In this document: one piece after another, positions 39,724 through 51,941 of the stretch
How positions within the stretch are numbered: the first letter of the stretch is position 1
Layout: the number at the start of each line of letters is the position of its first letter
NCBI GenBank assembly: GCA_050575255.1
Contig: JBNZDD010013386.1
Location: 124,001 to 188,000, forward strand
DNA length: 64,000 nucleotides
DNA from: Harriotta raleighana
Lineage: Eukaryota
Direction of reading: 5' to 3'
Made by a program: the position numbers and the translations under genes
The notes under the pieces: generated by a model
The model's input: only the letters and a program-made list of their open reading frames with translations
Told to the model about the DNA's origin: nothing
The model's database searches: none

Positions 39724-40778
39724 AGAAAGCGAGGACCTCCCCAAACTGGCGACCCCTGCACTACCCGTTGCTAGCTGACGGCTGAATACCCAGCAAACGC
39801 CAGGGCCTCAAGAGAAACGCAAAACTGTCTTTATGTCGGAAACTTCAATATGTGCTGAATCTCTAAATCTAAACATCCAGGACATCTGTCCACTCCACAA
39901 GACATACAATAACGCCAAAATAAACGATTTACTGAATCTGACAGCTAAGTAAATCTGCAATGATAACTCTATTAAGGCTCTTCCTTCATTCTTCTTGTAC
40001 TTAATGCAGCACAGCCCCACAGGTGTTTATCCAGCTGAGATTCTTAACAAATCAAAAGCATTTATGCCATATGGTTTTCACAAGCCCTATGAACCCGAGT
40101 AAACAATGGACAGACCAGTTTGAAATCTCATGCCAATTAACCCTTTCCCTACAAACCAGAGCAAAGGCAGTCAATTACTTCTAGTTTAGAAGTTTTGACT
40201 CCTCAGAAATAAAGGGTTAAGTAAGACGCAGCAGTGCGAGGAAGAGGACACGAACGATAAGACAGGCGATGAGTCTAATTTATCAGGGAAAACAAGACAC
40301 ATTTATAAAATTGAGAATGCTCCTCATAGTGCAAAATCTGGAATATAAATTTCTCCACAATGAAGGACATTCACTTTCTGCTCCAGTCATTCAGGGGATT
40401 ACCTTTAAGCCCGGTGGCTTTTTTCCAATAGTAAAAACATACATTTGTTTTCTTGCATTCGAGCATTTGAGGCTGATAGTGCCCCGAGAGCAACATTACA
40501 AAATAGCAGCGTTCTGATTCAGAGCAAATCAGCAGTGTGAGCAATCTCGGCATTCACCAGCACAGAGATAAACACAGCGCCATAGGCTGGGAGAGGGGAT
40601 CAGAAAGAAAATGTAGCAATAGTACTCTGATGTGACAGTACTCTACATAACTAAGGCATAAAAGGACAGTGAACAGAAGAGAGAAGTGAGTAACAGAGAT
40701 GTAATACAGCCAGAAAGAGCAGAGGCAGCAGGAGCAACTGGACAGCAATACACCAAATGGCTCAAAGTATGTCAAGCT

Positions 40779-40802
40779 GAGAGAGAGAGAGAGAGAGAGA
40801 GA
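40779..40802. repeat. (GA)n microsatellite upstream of the HTR2B start
   Basis: About 12 GA units. Confidence 0.9.
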
Positions 40803-41256
40803 AGCAGCCAAGATGATTTCCTGACACAGCAACGCAAACACCTACTCATTTTGCTGACTGATGACTGGATTTATGATAACTATTCTGGAGAATGTTTGAA
40901 AAGTGCCAGACTGACTGAGGCAAGAGGAATTGCAGAGCCTGCAGCGGCGTGCAGTATATTTAATTAGAAAACTGCATAACTTAATGGGAAATGTCGAGAG
41001 CAGAGAAATTCAGAGAAGCTGCAAGCAGAGTGCTGTGGTGATAAACTCCTGGCTCTTCTCTCATAAACGAGCTGGGAACGGTTCTGGCTCTGCCGGACAA
41101 GCGCAATAAAGATACCACAGCCCGCCCGAGAGACAAGAAGGCAAGGCAAGATGCAAAGTGAGAAATTAATATTCACCACTGCAGCACTACCAAAAGCCGG
41201 GAGGCAAGCTTTAAATTAAGCATCCCAGAGTGTAGACATGCCACTCTGACAAATGC

Positions 41257-41758
41257 ATGGCGGCAGTAGTCTATGAGATCGGTTTTCAGACCATGTTGCC
41301 TGATCCCCTCGAGTCTCCAAAACCAACCAGAGGGACAGCTATCAACCTTCAGAATACCATGTCTGGTTCAGCTGGGAACATCTTGTCCGACTCACCGGAT
41401 TCCACCAGATCTCTGGCCATTGACAGGATGCAGGAGTCTCTCAACCAGCTATTCAACACCTCCGGAATCAACACAACCCTCTATCTGACAATTACAGAAG
41501 AGTCCAAATTCCCTCCACTTCTGGACTCGGGATTTTTAAAAGGCGAGCAGTTGCACAAGAATGGGCTGCAATGGGCAGCACTTCTGATTCTAATGCTGAT
41601 CATACCCACAATCGGAGGAAATATACTTGTTATTTTAGCAGTGTCTCTGGAGAAGAAACTCCAGAATGCCACTAACTACTTTCTCATGTCACTCGCGGCA
41701 GCGGACATGTTGGTTGGATTGCTGGTGATGCCGGTCGCTCTTCTAAACATTCTATTCA
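41257..41758 (+). CDS. HTR2B: 5-hydroxytryptamine receptor 2B, coding exon 1 (N-terminus, TM1-TM2)
   Basis: [56 protein letters not shown] matches 5-HT2B TM1/TM2; donor A|GTAAGT, phase 1; the start codon is less certain than the exon end. Confidence 0.93.
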
Positions 41759-42279
41759 GTAAGTCTCATTCAATATTACTTTGTTGAACATGATAGGATT
41801 GCAGCTGGAAACCACGTACTAATCGAGTCATGAATCCCAAATTGTGTTTCAATCATATAGTGAGTCCTTTATATGAAACACAACCTGTCGAAGTGAATTA
41901 TACCTTTGGAATAAGAATCTAAAGCATTGTATTCAGGAAACTGAACCAGGAGATGATTTTCTTGTTCAGGTGTTGCTCATTTAAACTACTTAAAATCACT
42001 CACCATTCCTTCCCAAAAGAACTGCTTATCCATCTTTTATTAAATTTTGCACCTTGATTTTTTTTCTTCTAAAGAACTTAAATGTTGGAAATTTTGTTCA
42101 AAATTGTTACCACATATTTAAGATTTTGAGATGTTTTGACAATATAAACAGGAAATAATTATTTCCACTATCTGGTAAATTGATAGCTACAGCACATAGA
42201 TATAAAATACTGTACATTAACAAATAAGCAAAGCGAGAAAAGTTGGGAGAAATTTTGTTATACTGGGGTTTGTTGTGAT

Positions 42280-42465
42280 GTGGAACGCCCAACCTGGAAC
42301 AGTCATTGAGGTACAACTTTAGGGTTTAAGAGTGAATTAGATAAACATTTGAAAGCGTAAATATAAATAGCTATGGGAAATGGGTAGGAGAATGGGACTA
42401 CAAAGGTAGCTCTTTCAAAGGCACGAAGGACTGAATAGCCTCCTCCTCTGCTGTAACTTTCTACG
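42280..42465 (+). mobile_element. CR1 3' end remnant
   Basis: tggaacgc...tttaagagtgaattagataaacatttg...gactgaatagcctcctcctctgctgtaactttcta, similar to the 3'UTR of the 62655-63378 copy. Confidence 0.65.
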
Positions 42466-44689
42466 GTTGTTAAGCAGGTGTGATGCAAAGCAAAAAGCAC
42501 AATATTCAGCATATCTTCTTATATTCCTGCTACTCTCTTCCAGAAAGAATACTTCACAGTAGTTTTCTATTATTGCAAGTGCAGGAATACGATGCACATT
42601 CCATGCCAACTAATAGAACACTAAAACGAATATAAACAACAACAACATTACACTTATAGAGCGCCTTTCACGTTGGGAGGACATGAAAGGCACAGCACAA
42701 CCCCCAACCTGAGATAGCTTCATACACCAGTGGTAGACCTAATTACCATATTAACTGATAAGTTGCTTATTTTATTTGATAAAGCTGCTGTACTGTCAGG
42801 GACAGGAGTCATTAAACTCTACAGTGTACTGGATTGCAAGTATTCATTATACTCAAATTGCTCCATCTGGATCTGCCTCCAAGTTTGTAATAATGCTTTT
42901 AATTCATATAGCGCCTCATTACCTTATTGAAATGTCTCAAAGTTCGTTACAAGATTTACAATGAAAGGCAGTGACTTTAGATTTGTAGGCAATTAGATTG
43001 ATCTGTAAATCCTCCGTTTGATGAAATCAGACTCCCAGAAGGCTACATTAATATACATCAATTATATTCTCAACAGCACAGCACATTTTCATTTACTCAG
43101 ATTTTAAAAAAAAAGTATAACAAAAACTTGCCTTTGGGAGAAAAGCAATTTAGTTATATTTTACTTGTGATCACAGTACAAGACCCTTCAAACAGGCAGT
43201 TTTAAAAAGATGAATATTCCCACATATAGCACACGCTAAGGATTCTTATATATCCAGTGTGTCTGCATTTACAAATAGAAAATGCTGTTCTCTCAGGAAG
43301 GAAATATCCACAAGATTAATCAGAAATAGTTAATCAATTTATCGTTTTGAACTGTTGGTCTGTACCAGAATCAAGAATTATGGAATTATACAAAAACAGG
43401 TCGAGTAAGAGAGAGAAAGGAGGCAGAATGTCCACATTTAAAAAAAAAAAGCTATAAAGCTAATTTAGAAATAAATTCATGTCCACACAAAGAAATTTAA
43501 AAAATCTTTAGTAACTGACAGCAGCTAACTGAGCTCAGTTCATAGAAACATATTTGATAAGAAACTTTATGACTAATCAAATTGTATTTACCTAGTGGTC
43601 TTCGTATAGACTATGTCTGAAAATGTTTCGCCCATGACCAACATACAAGTGGTCAATTCACTTTACAATATTCTCTATTCTGTGTAGCTCTATGAGACGC
43701 CTCTAAGAAGTGATAAGGTCTACAACAAATGCAAGGATTATGATTATCATTAAACTTCATTACAAAGGTAAATACACAGACACAGAGTGGGACTCTGGTC
43801 TTGGGAGGGATTTGAGAGAATTTCAGAAACCAAGGGCAAAGTGTCTGACTACTTGCCCACTGGTGTTGAAGACTTGAATTAGTCATCAAATTAATTGGTA
43901 GTCACCACATTATAAAACCCATCGATACTAAAAGGACAACTTGCAGAGGAATCCAACACAGTGTTAAGCCCAATTCTTATAAACTTTTTATAACGAACAA
44001 CCTTTTAAGTTGTTCTTACATTCATTAAGATATCATCAGGATCGGCATGCAGACACATAACATCTTCTCTAACACCCCCGAGGTTAGCCTGAGTTTCTGG
44101 TTAAAACACTAAGGACAGCCTCTGGGCTAAATATACTAAATTCAAAGTGACATCACATTATGGCAAGTAATTCCTTTGCACAACAGATTCATCAAGGTCT
44201 AGACTATATCAAAACTCAATCTGTGACCCCTTAAATCATTGGTTGGGGTGGAGAAGTGAAGTGAGTGCAGGCAGAGTTCCACAGGGAAGAACAAGAAAAA
44301 GTATAAAATAAGTCTGATTGTTTGGAAAGTTCGGAAACATAGGCATACATAACTAGGTGTAGGATATCACGAAGGAGAGATCACTCCAGTACTCAGAACA
44401 GAATCTGCGTACCCAGTGTGACTTTTTAGAAACAAACATAAATGTGACAGTTAATCAGCCTCTGGTTTAATGAGAGCAAGCCCTAATGAGCAAGTAGCCT
44501 TTAACTATCTATTCTTAGCAATCATGTCCAATCCTGATGAACATTTCAAATACACAGGAAAGTCACTTTGAAAAGCAGGAAAGTTGTCACTTGTGCCACT
44601 AATTAGGGTACAGGCAACATCTGAGCATTTGGGCTATTCCGTATGGTTCCTGTGACATAAGTGCTTCAACTTCAAGTAAAATGAATAAT

Positions 44690-44975
44690 AATTATTGTAT
44701 TGAATATGGCATTGATTATGCCGGGAGGATGTCTCAAAGCACTTCACAGGATTTACTATAAACTGTAGTGATTGTATTTTATAGGTGCTTGCAATTTGCA
44801 TACAAGCAACGTCTCACAAACAGCCATGAGGTGGAGGATTCTTGGTCAGGACATCGGGAGAAACTTTCTTCTCTTGTCAAACAGTCCCATGGCATCTTTA
44901 CAGTCCACTTGAGCAGGTAGACAGAACCTTGGTTTAATGCTTCATCCGAAGGATGGCACATTTGACAATGGGGGC
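44690..44975 (-). mobile_element. Deu-domain SINE fragment
   Basis: gtgccatccttcggatgaagcattaaaccaagg...tgtaaagatgccatggga on the reverse complement; similar to 28170-28500. Confidence 0.7.
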
Positions 44976-45047
44976 TGGTACTGAAAACCAGTAATAATTT
45001 AGAATATGTGACATACAACTTGACATGGGACTTGTGTACCTTTCTAT

Positions 45048-45148
45048 ACCCGCCCCTGGCTCGGTCCCGAGATCCGCTATTGTGAAGCACTCTGGGACGT
45101 CGGCTGGCGTGGAGGGCGCTGTATAAATCAAAGTTGTTGTTGTTGTGT
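45048..45148 (+). mobile_element. Short L2 3' tail, same subfamily as 45400-45830
   Basis: ctcggtcccgagatccgctattgtgaagcactctgggacgtc...(GTT)n. Confidence 0.75.
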
Positions 45149-45399
45149 AGCCCAAACCAATTAACAACATTTATTTAAAAACAACATACAGTATAGTATT
45201 TATATAGCAAATCCTTCTTCAAACAAGGCATGGTTTGGAACCATCAGTTTGGGTATCAGCATTCCCATACGTTTGGACTGATTAAGTGAATGAACCCAGG
45301 TTTTCAATGCAATGGATTTGAACACTTCCTCTGCTGAAAAACTGTTTAATAACCCAACCTTATCAATATAAGAGCAGCCCCACCCTACATTATTTAATA

Positions 45400-45830
45400 C
45401 AACAATAACAACTTATAAAGCACCCTCCATGCCGGACGACGTCTCAGAGCGCTTCACAATAGCGGATCCTGGGACCGAGCCAGGGGCAAGGGTAGAAAGG
45501 TGACCAAAGGCGCGGTCGAAGAGAAAGGTCTTCAGCTGGGACCTGAAACTGTAAAAAGAGGGGACGAAGTGGAGGGAGTGAGGAAGGGCATTCTAGAGGC
45601 TCGGGGCATAGTGGCTGAAGGCACGACCGCCGAGGGTGGAGCGGAGGATTCGGGGGACATGTAGGAGGCCAGACATGGCAGAGCGAAGGCAACGGGTGTT
45701 GGTTTGAGAGGGAGGAGGTCAGAGAGGTAGGGGGGTGCAGAGGAGTGTAGGGATTTGAAGACGAGGGGTGAGGATCTTGAAATCAATCCTCTCTGGGATA
45801 GGGAGCCAGTGAAATCTGGCAAGGACTGGG
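45400..45830 (-). mobile_element. L2-type LINE 3' fragment (second subfamily)
   Basis: LVFKSLHSSAPPYLSDLL peptide, (CAA)n tail, gcgcttcacaatagcggatc terminus. Confidence 0.82.
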
Positions 45831-48071
45831 TTTAATAAGGTTTAAACACGGATCCTTCCCTTTATGTTGCTAACAATTTACTTTAAAACTAATAGTCGGC
45901 CACAGAAGAACTGAAGAATATGATGTTTCTTTATGTTTTTCAATAAAACTGAGTGAACTCACATTACCTTGAAAACAGGCTACTATCCATGTAACATTGC
46001 TTCAGCCATAAAAAAACACTTTATTTCTATAACACAGCTTATAATACCTTCAAAGCGAATCCCCCGGCTTCCATAAACACCCAGTATAAGAACACACAGT
46101 TGGTATGATGTGCTACCTGGCCTTTCCTCTCAATGTGATCACTCTTGCTATGTGGGAAATTCTCTCCTAGTTTCAAAATATCCATTTCTCTTGTATCAAC
46201 CTTCCTGTATGATTCAGTATTCATTTCATGGCATATTCAGCTTGTGCCTTCGGAGGCAGAAACAGCCTAAGTGGGAAGTTTGGGTTTCCACTTTATCCAA
46301 CTCACAAAGGCCCCCTCCCACGAACAGGTTGCTGCGTGCAATATACAAGCAATATGTTAAAAAAGAGGCATGAATACAAAACTTAAAACAAAAATGATTA
46401 TGAGGCCAGTAAATCAAAATACTCTCTTCAGGTAGTTTATGTAGCAGTCCATCAAACTGCATATGTGTTTTCTGCTAATTATAAGTTACTTAGTTAATTA
46501 GGAACTCAGTTGTTGATCAATTGGCAGATCGCTTTTCCGGGGGTAATAATCCCTTCTATTTTTTAAAGTAAATAATACTTTGATCACTCAATCCATGACT
46601 GTTTGGGAGACATTGCTGTGTGCAACTGGCTGTCGCATTTCCCCCACAAAATATACAATCAGTTAACTTTACAGTATATTCTGTGAAGCGCTTTGAGATG
46701 TCTCAAAGACATAATAAGGTGTTGTATCAAATGCAAGGATTATTATTATCCAAACAGATATCACTCTTGCCCAACTAGCTTCATGCCCAGCAATTCTGAT
46801 GGTTATATCATTCCTCCCCTGAACAAATTACTGACCGTGTCACCAATATGGTTAATAGTTAATGGGCGAACGGATTTCAGTAGATACTTGATAAACTCCT
46901 GAGAATAATGAATGCAACACTGCATCAAAACTGGGGTTATATTGGAATAAATTTAAGGTCTATTTTTCTTTAACCTGCCATCATATTTCCAGAAATCTTT
47001 CAATAGAACAAGATATGAATAGTCATTAGTTATGTTTGTAAGAAACCAAATGAGATGGAAATTACATTGAATCATAGGCTGAATGGAGTAAACATGTCGC
47101 ACAAGCAAATTTTAACAATCAGCTCAGGCTGCTCAACTTCCAAGGATGCTAATGGGTGGATTACTGGCTGCTGGAATTCATGTGAAATCAGTTGTTGATT
47201 TCTTTAACATTTTCAGAAAAGGGGGTAGAATGCTTAAAAAATAGTGTATTTCAAAATCTTGAAAAAAAATCCAGAATTCTTAGATGTAAGGTTTTTTTTA
47301 CTATAAAATAAGTTCACAAAATTACACACTTTATTCTATTCCGGGAGACTTCAAGATGCTCATCCCCACGTACAAATTCCTTTATACCCTTTCAATACCT
47401 CCACTTTTGTGATCTTTGAGGTTCAGTCTAATGCTCGCCCCCTTCATTTGCCAAACTCCTGCCCAAGCTCTCCACCAGATCATCGTTAAATCTTCAGTCA
47501 TTGTAGTCCTACCTTCTGGCTCTCTCCTCCCAACCTGGAAACCTACTTCCTCATCAATCATATGGTCACTCACCCCCTCCATGTCTCCATTGTCTGTAAA
47601 GTATCTCAAGTTGCTTCTCTAATCATATTAGATTAGTTGCTCTTCAGCATTCCATTGCACAAACTGAAAGTTTACAGAGTCAGTCGACCCACAGAGACAT
47701 AAAAATGTATAACTGCGTAAAATTAATAATACATCCTCACATTATATAAATGCAAGTGCTTTAAAATAAGTTTGTGTTCACAAAATTATTATAGTCCTGA
47801 ATTTCTTCCAAACCCAATTTGGAAAGGGAACTTATTCATGCAAATGAAAAACACTCCATCAATCTTATAAATATCTGAAGACAAATGTTGATCTTCACCT
47901 TCTTTGGTTTAATAAAGCACATTTCATGAACCAAAATAAAACAAATGTTCTTTTTAGCAGAGAAACCCAGGTCAAATGGTTTAGTCAAGATCAGAAATGC
48001 AGAAAATAACTCTCATGCATAGTTTGCTTTTTAAATAAATCATATAGTGCCCAATGGAAACATACTGTTCT

Positions 48072-48455
48072 ATTGCTCAGTGGTTAGAGCACTCGCCTGG
48101 CAAGCAAGAGACCTGGGTTCGATTCCTGGCAGGGTGAAACCGTGGTCAAGTTTCCTTACTGCACACTTGATAATAATCCCTCAAGAAAAAAATAGCGATT
48201 TGGTCACTGAATCCATGTATGTTTGTGGGATAGTCATGTGCGCAATTGGCTGCCACGTTTTGCCCACTAAATACACAGTCAATTATTCTGTGAAGCACTT
48301 TGAGAAATCTAGACGACGTGAAAATGACAGTTTAAATAAAAGTGCTTGAATTATGTCTGAGGTGAAAAAATTTAATTGTGATATTATAATAATTGTGGTA
48401 TTATAATACCACAATTACTTGCATTTGATATTGCAATATCAAATGCAAGTATTAT
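48072..48455 (+). mobile_element. tRNA-derived SINE with its 3' end disrupted by a palindrome
   Basis: A box ttgctcagtgg, B box ggttcgattcc, family core; terminal atatcaaatgcaag displaced to about 48436. Confidence 0.85.
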
Positions 48456-48537
48456 AATACCACAATTATTATAATATCACAATTAAATTTTTTCACCTCA
48501 GACATAATTCAAGCACTTTTATTTAAACTGTCATTTT
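48321..48537. repeat. 217-bp near-perfect palindrome with no central spacer
   Basis: Centre gatattg|caatatc at 48433/48434; the left arm carries 9 extra nt. Confidence 0.95.
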
Positions 48538-50702
48538 ATTTCCTTAACCAGAATTTTAAAAATTCTAGTGCAATACAAACCATATTACTGTTGAAAATGT
48601 TATATCGAGTGCTGATATAGCTAATATTCAGCTTTACAGCTCACTGTACGAGACAATGGCAGCATATGGTCCCATAAACAGCGAACAAATTCTGCCTTTG
48701 TTTATTTGCTTTGGATCTATGCGGCAAAGCTTAATACTTCTAACTTCATGAATGTCATTAAAATTGAGTTTTCCAATCCTTCAAGCAATCTCCAACAGGG
48801 TGGAAAGAGTGAGTTTATAACTAAATTGGAAAACAAACATATTTCTTGCTGGTATTAACCCACCACAGAAATAGAACAGCATTTATATAAATACAAAGAT
48901 TTTACTACTCCTGCAAAAGCAAAACACAGAGTGAACAGAAGAATATCCAATTTATTCCATTTGGGATCAACATCCATAAATGGTTACTGGTGATTTACTC
49001 AGCAAATCAGTAAATCAGTTACTCAGTACTCAGAAGTGGATATTCCACCGTATGCAAGCAATTTTATAATTGTAAATTTAATGTGCACCTGTATATTGGT
49101 TAGGATCATTTTGTAAATTGATTGGGATAAGTGGATGCTGTAGCCAACCCAATAATGACAATGTTACAGAGCTATGACAATCAATAAAAAAAAGCTAATT
49201 ACCATCTGAACCACTGAATTATACAACTCAGACTTCAACTATTTAAAATGACCAGGCTAACAACTTTCATCTACAATGATTCAATACAACTGAGGGAATC
49301 AAATATTCAAGCAATAAGGGTTTTAAATTCGATTTCACTGTTAATTTATTTTAAAAGACACCCAAAGCCATTGATAACTGAGGTTTGGTTCAGCAGAGAT
49401 ACAAATTGATCTATTTTAACTAGAGAAATCCTTTAAAACACATTTGGAATAGAACAGAAAAAATGACTAATCTAATTGTAGTTGCAAAACATGAATTATC
49501 TTTTTTTTCAAACAATAAATGTGACTCTTTCAATCCATCAGAGACCTGTACAGCTGGAAGTTTATTCCCAACGTTTACTTACACAAACACATTAACTGTT
49601 TCAAGTTTACTTTGAAGCTTGAAATAACAGTCTTTGCTTACATTTTTGTTCAGGAACTAAGGCACAATGCTCGGCAAAATTTCAATTGGATTTCAGATGC
49701 GCAGAACAAGGAAGTAAAACAGTCCAGCTTCCAGTCTGACAGATCAGTGCCTTGGGATGTCCTCCTAACATGAAAGGATCTATAAAAATGTAATTTTGTA
49801 TAGTATCCCCAAGTGCTTCTTATAAAGAGGCCGAAGAATATCAATACCTGCATAAAGGCTGCATTTCACCATCTAGCAGCATATTAAAGACAGGGTCACC
49901 CTCAGATAACAGTGCATGTCTCACTTAGCTTGAGCACCAACCAGAACTAACTGTAAATTGGACAGGGTAAGCTCACTAGTTTGGTGTCGGAATTTAATTT
50001 TGATCTCTATTGTGGGAGTATCATTGCTCAAATGATTGCAAGCCCAAGCACTTCATTCATCAGCTTCAATTTAGTATATTACCCATCTCCCTTCCACCAA
50101 CGTCTCAAAGCCAACTTTGCACACACCTCTTGAAACCCCTACTTGCAACATTTTTGATTGTCTAAGGAAGTAAATGGTGATAATTTTAAGTCGGTGGATC
50201 TCAGTGGGTTAAAAATTTAAAGGAAAACATCTGGCTCATATTACACAGCAAATCTCCATCTGCTGTAGTGTTTATTGCTGCAATAGAGCTGACTTCTTAA
50301 TCTACTTCAGTCAGTGGAAGGTTAAGGAAGCATTTAAAAACTACACTCATCAATCAGTCAATTTCCCATGACACGACTACAGTGCACTTGTTTAATAATC
50401 TTACAAATGGTGCTCTGCCGAGGAAAGAGAGAATATACCAGCCTCTGCTGACTGATTACCATCGATTGGCAGAAACAAGCAAAGGTCAATTCCAAATGCA
50501 CTTTAAAACAGGAAGAGGTTTCCTGCAGAATTGGTTGAAATAAATTATACAAGATATAAATTGTATTTTGTACCACATGGAAACACAATGAGAATTTAAT
50601 GTTTAGCGACTGGGATGATCTCATTTTGGCAGCAGAACAGTGCTTTAGAAGCAACTGCAAGAGAAAAACAGCTCAAACTGAACGAAAAACCATGGAGCAG
50701 TG

Positions 50703-50912
50703 CAATCAATCAATCAATCAATAAATACTTACATTTATTTACAGTAGCGCCTTTCATGTAGGGAGGACGTCCCAAGGCGCTGAACAGTTAGGTAGGGGCG
50801 GTGGGGGAGAGGGGTCAGGGAAAGGAGAGTCGGAGAATTGACTATATTTGTGGGCGAAACGCGGCATCCAAATTACACACCGCAGTGTACCACAAACAGT
50901 CATGGAAGTGAA
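50703..50912 (-). mobile_element. SINE core fused to an L2-type tail, ending (TTGA)n
   Basis: Same architecture as 36005-36200 on the opposite strand. Confidence 0.78.
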
Positions 50913-50994
50913 TACAAATGTTATGGAACAAAGAGTATTATTGTAATCTTCACCAGCATCACCACTCGTACTAATCAATTAATCTGCCTTTCAG

Positions 50995-51195
50995 ACTCCG
51001 AGTGGGTTTTACTCTCTGAGCTGTGTCCTATCTGGATCTTCCTGGATATCCTTCTATCCACAGCCTCCATCATGCACCTGTGTGCAATCTCACTGGACCG
51101 TTACATTGCTATTAAAAAGCCAATCCATCACAGCCGCTTCAACTCAAGGGCCAAGGTTCTTGTTAAGATCACTGTGGTGTGGCTCATCTCAATCG
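50995..51195 (+). CDS. HTR2B: HTR2B coding exon 2 (TM3-TM4)
   Basis: [35 protein letters not shown]...[10 protein letters not shown](G), with D3.32 and DRY; 201 nt, phase 1/1; acceptor ctttcag; only the G|GCAAGT donor keeps frame at the homologous position. Confidence 0.95.
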
Positions 51196-51624
51196 GCAAG
51201 TACTGGATTCCTGCCTCTGAACATGTATCTCAGCAACACAGCCCAAAATTACACACCCACGCAACAACAATCCTAAAGCAAACACAACATATAACCATAG
51301 AAATCTATGATTTAGATATTTGAAAGAAAATCATCACACCAACACCAGTCATGCAAATCATTCGAAAGAACTGGGGGGAGGGAAGAAGTTACATTCCTCT
51401 CTAATCAAACAAGTCCAACCCACATTTCAGGTATTTTAAGCAATTTTAGTGATTGAGAGAGATTTTACTAATATACATGTAGACTAAATGCAACCCTTTT
51501 ATCCTGGAACCTTGGTCAGTTCCCATTGGCTCTCAGTTACTGACTGCGGACAGATATCACTCAATAGGGTTTCATTCATGCTTCAAACTCCTACCCAATT
51601 TACAATAATCTAATACAAACACAA

Positions 51625-51800
51625 TGATAATAATAATCCTCGCATTTGATATTGTGTCTTATCAAGTCCCCAAGACAACTCGAAGCGCTTCACAGAATAT
51701 ACTGTAAAGTTAATTGACTATACATTTTGTGGGCGAAATAGAGCAACCAATTGCGCATAGCAATCCCACAAACAGTCGTGGATTGAGTGACCAATTATAT
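51625..51800 (-). mobile_element. SINE 3' half in the last HTR2B intron
   Basis: (AAT)n tail and caaccaattgcgcatagc core; similar halves at 29715-29885 (-), 31520-31657 (+), 43620-43750 (+) and 46540-46750 (+). Confidence 0.75.
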
Positions 51801-51941
51801 TTTAAAAAATATTTAACAGACTGATAGCCGCCAGTGTAGAAGTGTTACACAGCCAAGGCATTGCTTACATGACCAGCATCAATAGTCATTTTAAAACAGC
51901 TTATAAACAATTAATATATTCTAAATAATTGTCTTATTCAG

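Noticed and set aside
51095-51230. 5-HT2C-style A-to-I editing duplex between the ICL2 exon and the intron
   Set aside because: Only about 6 nt of complementarity (aatcca/tggatt) was seen, and the edited I-N-I codon pattern is absent.
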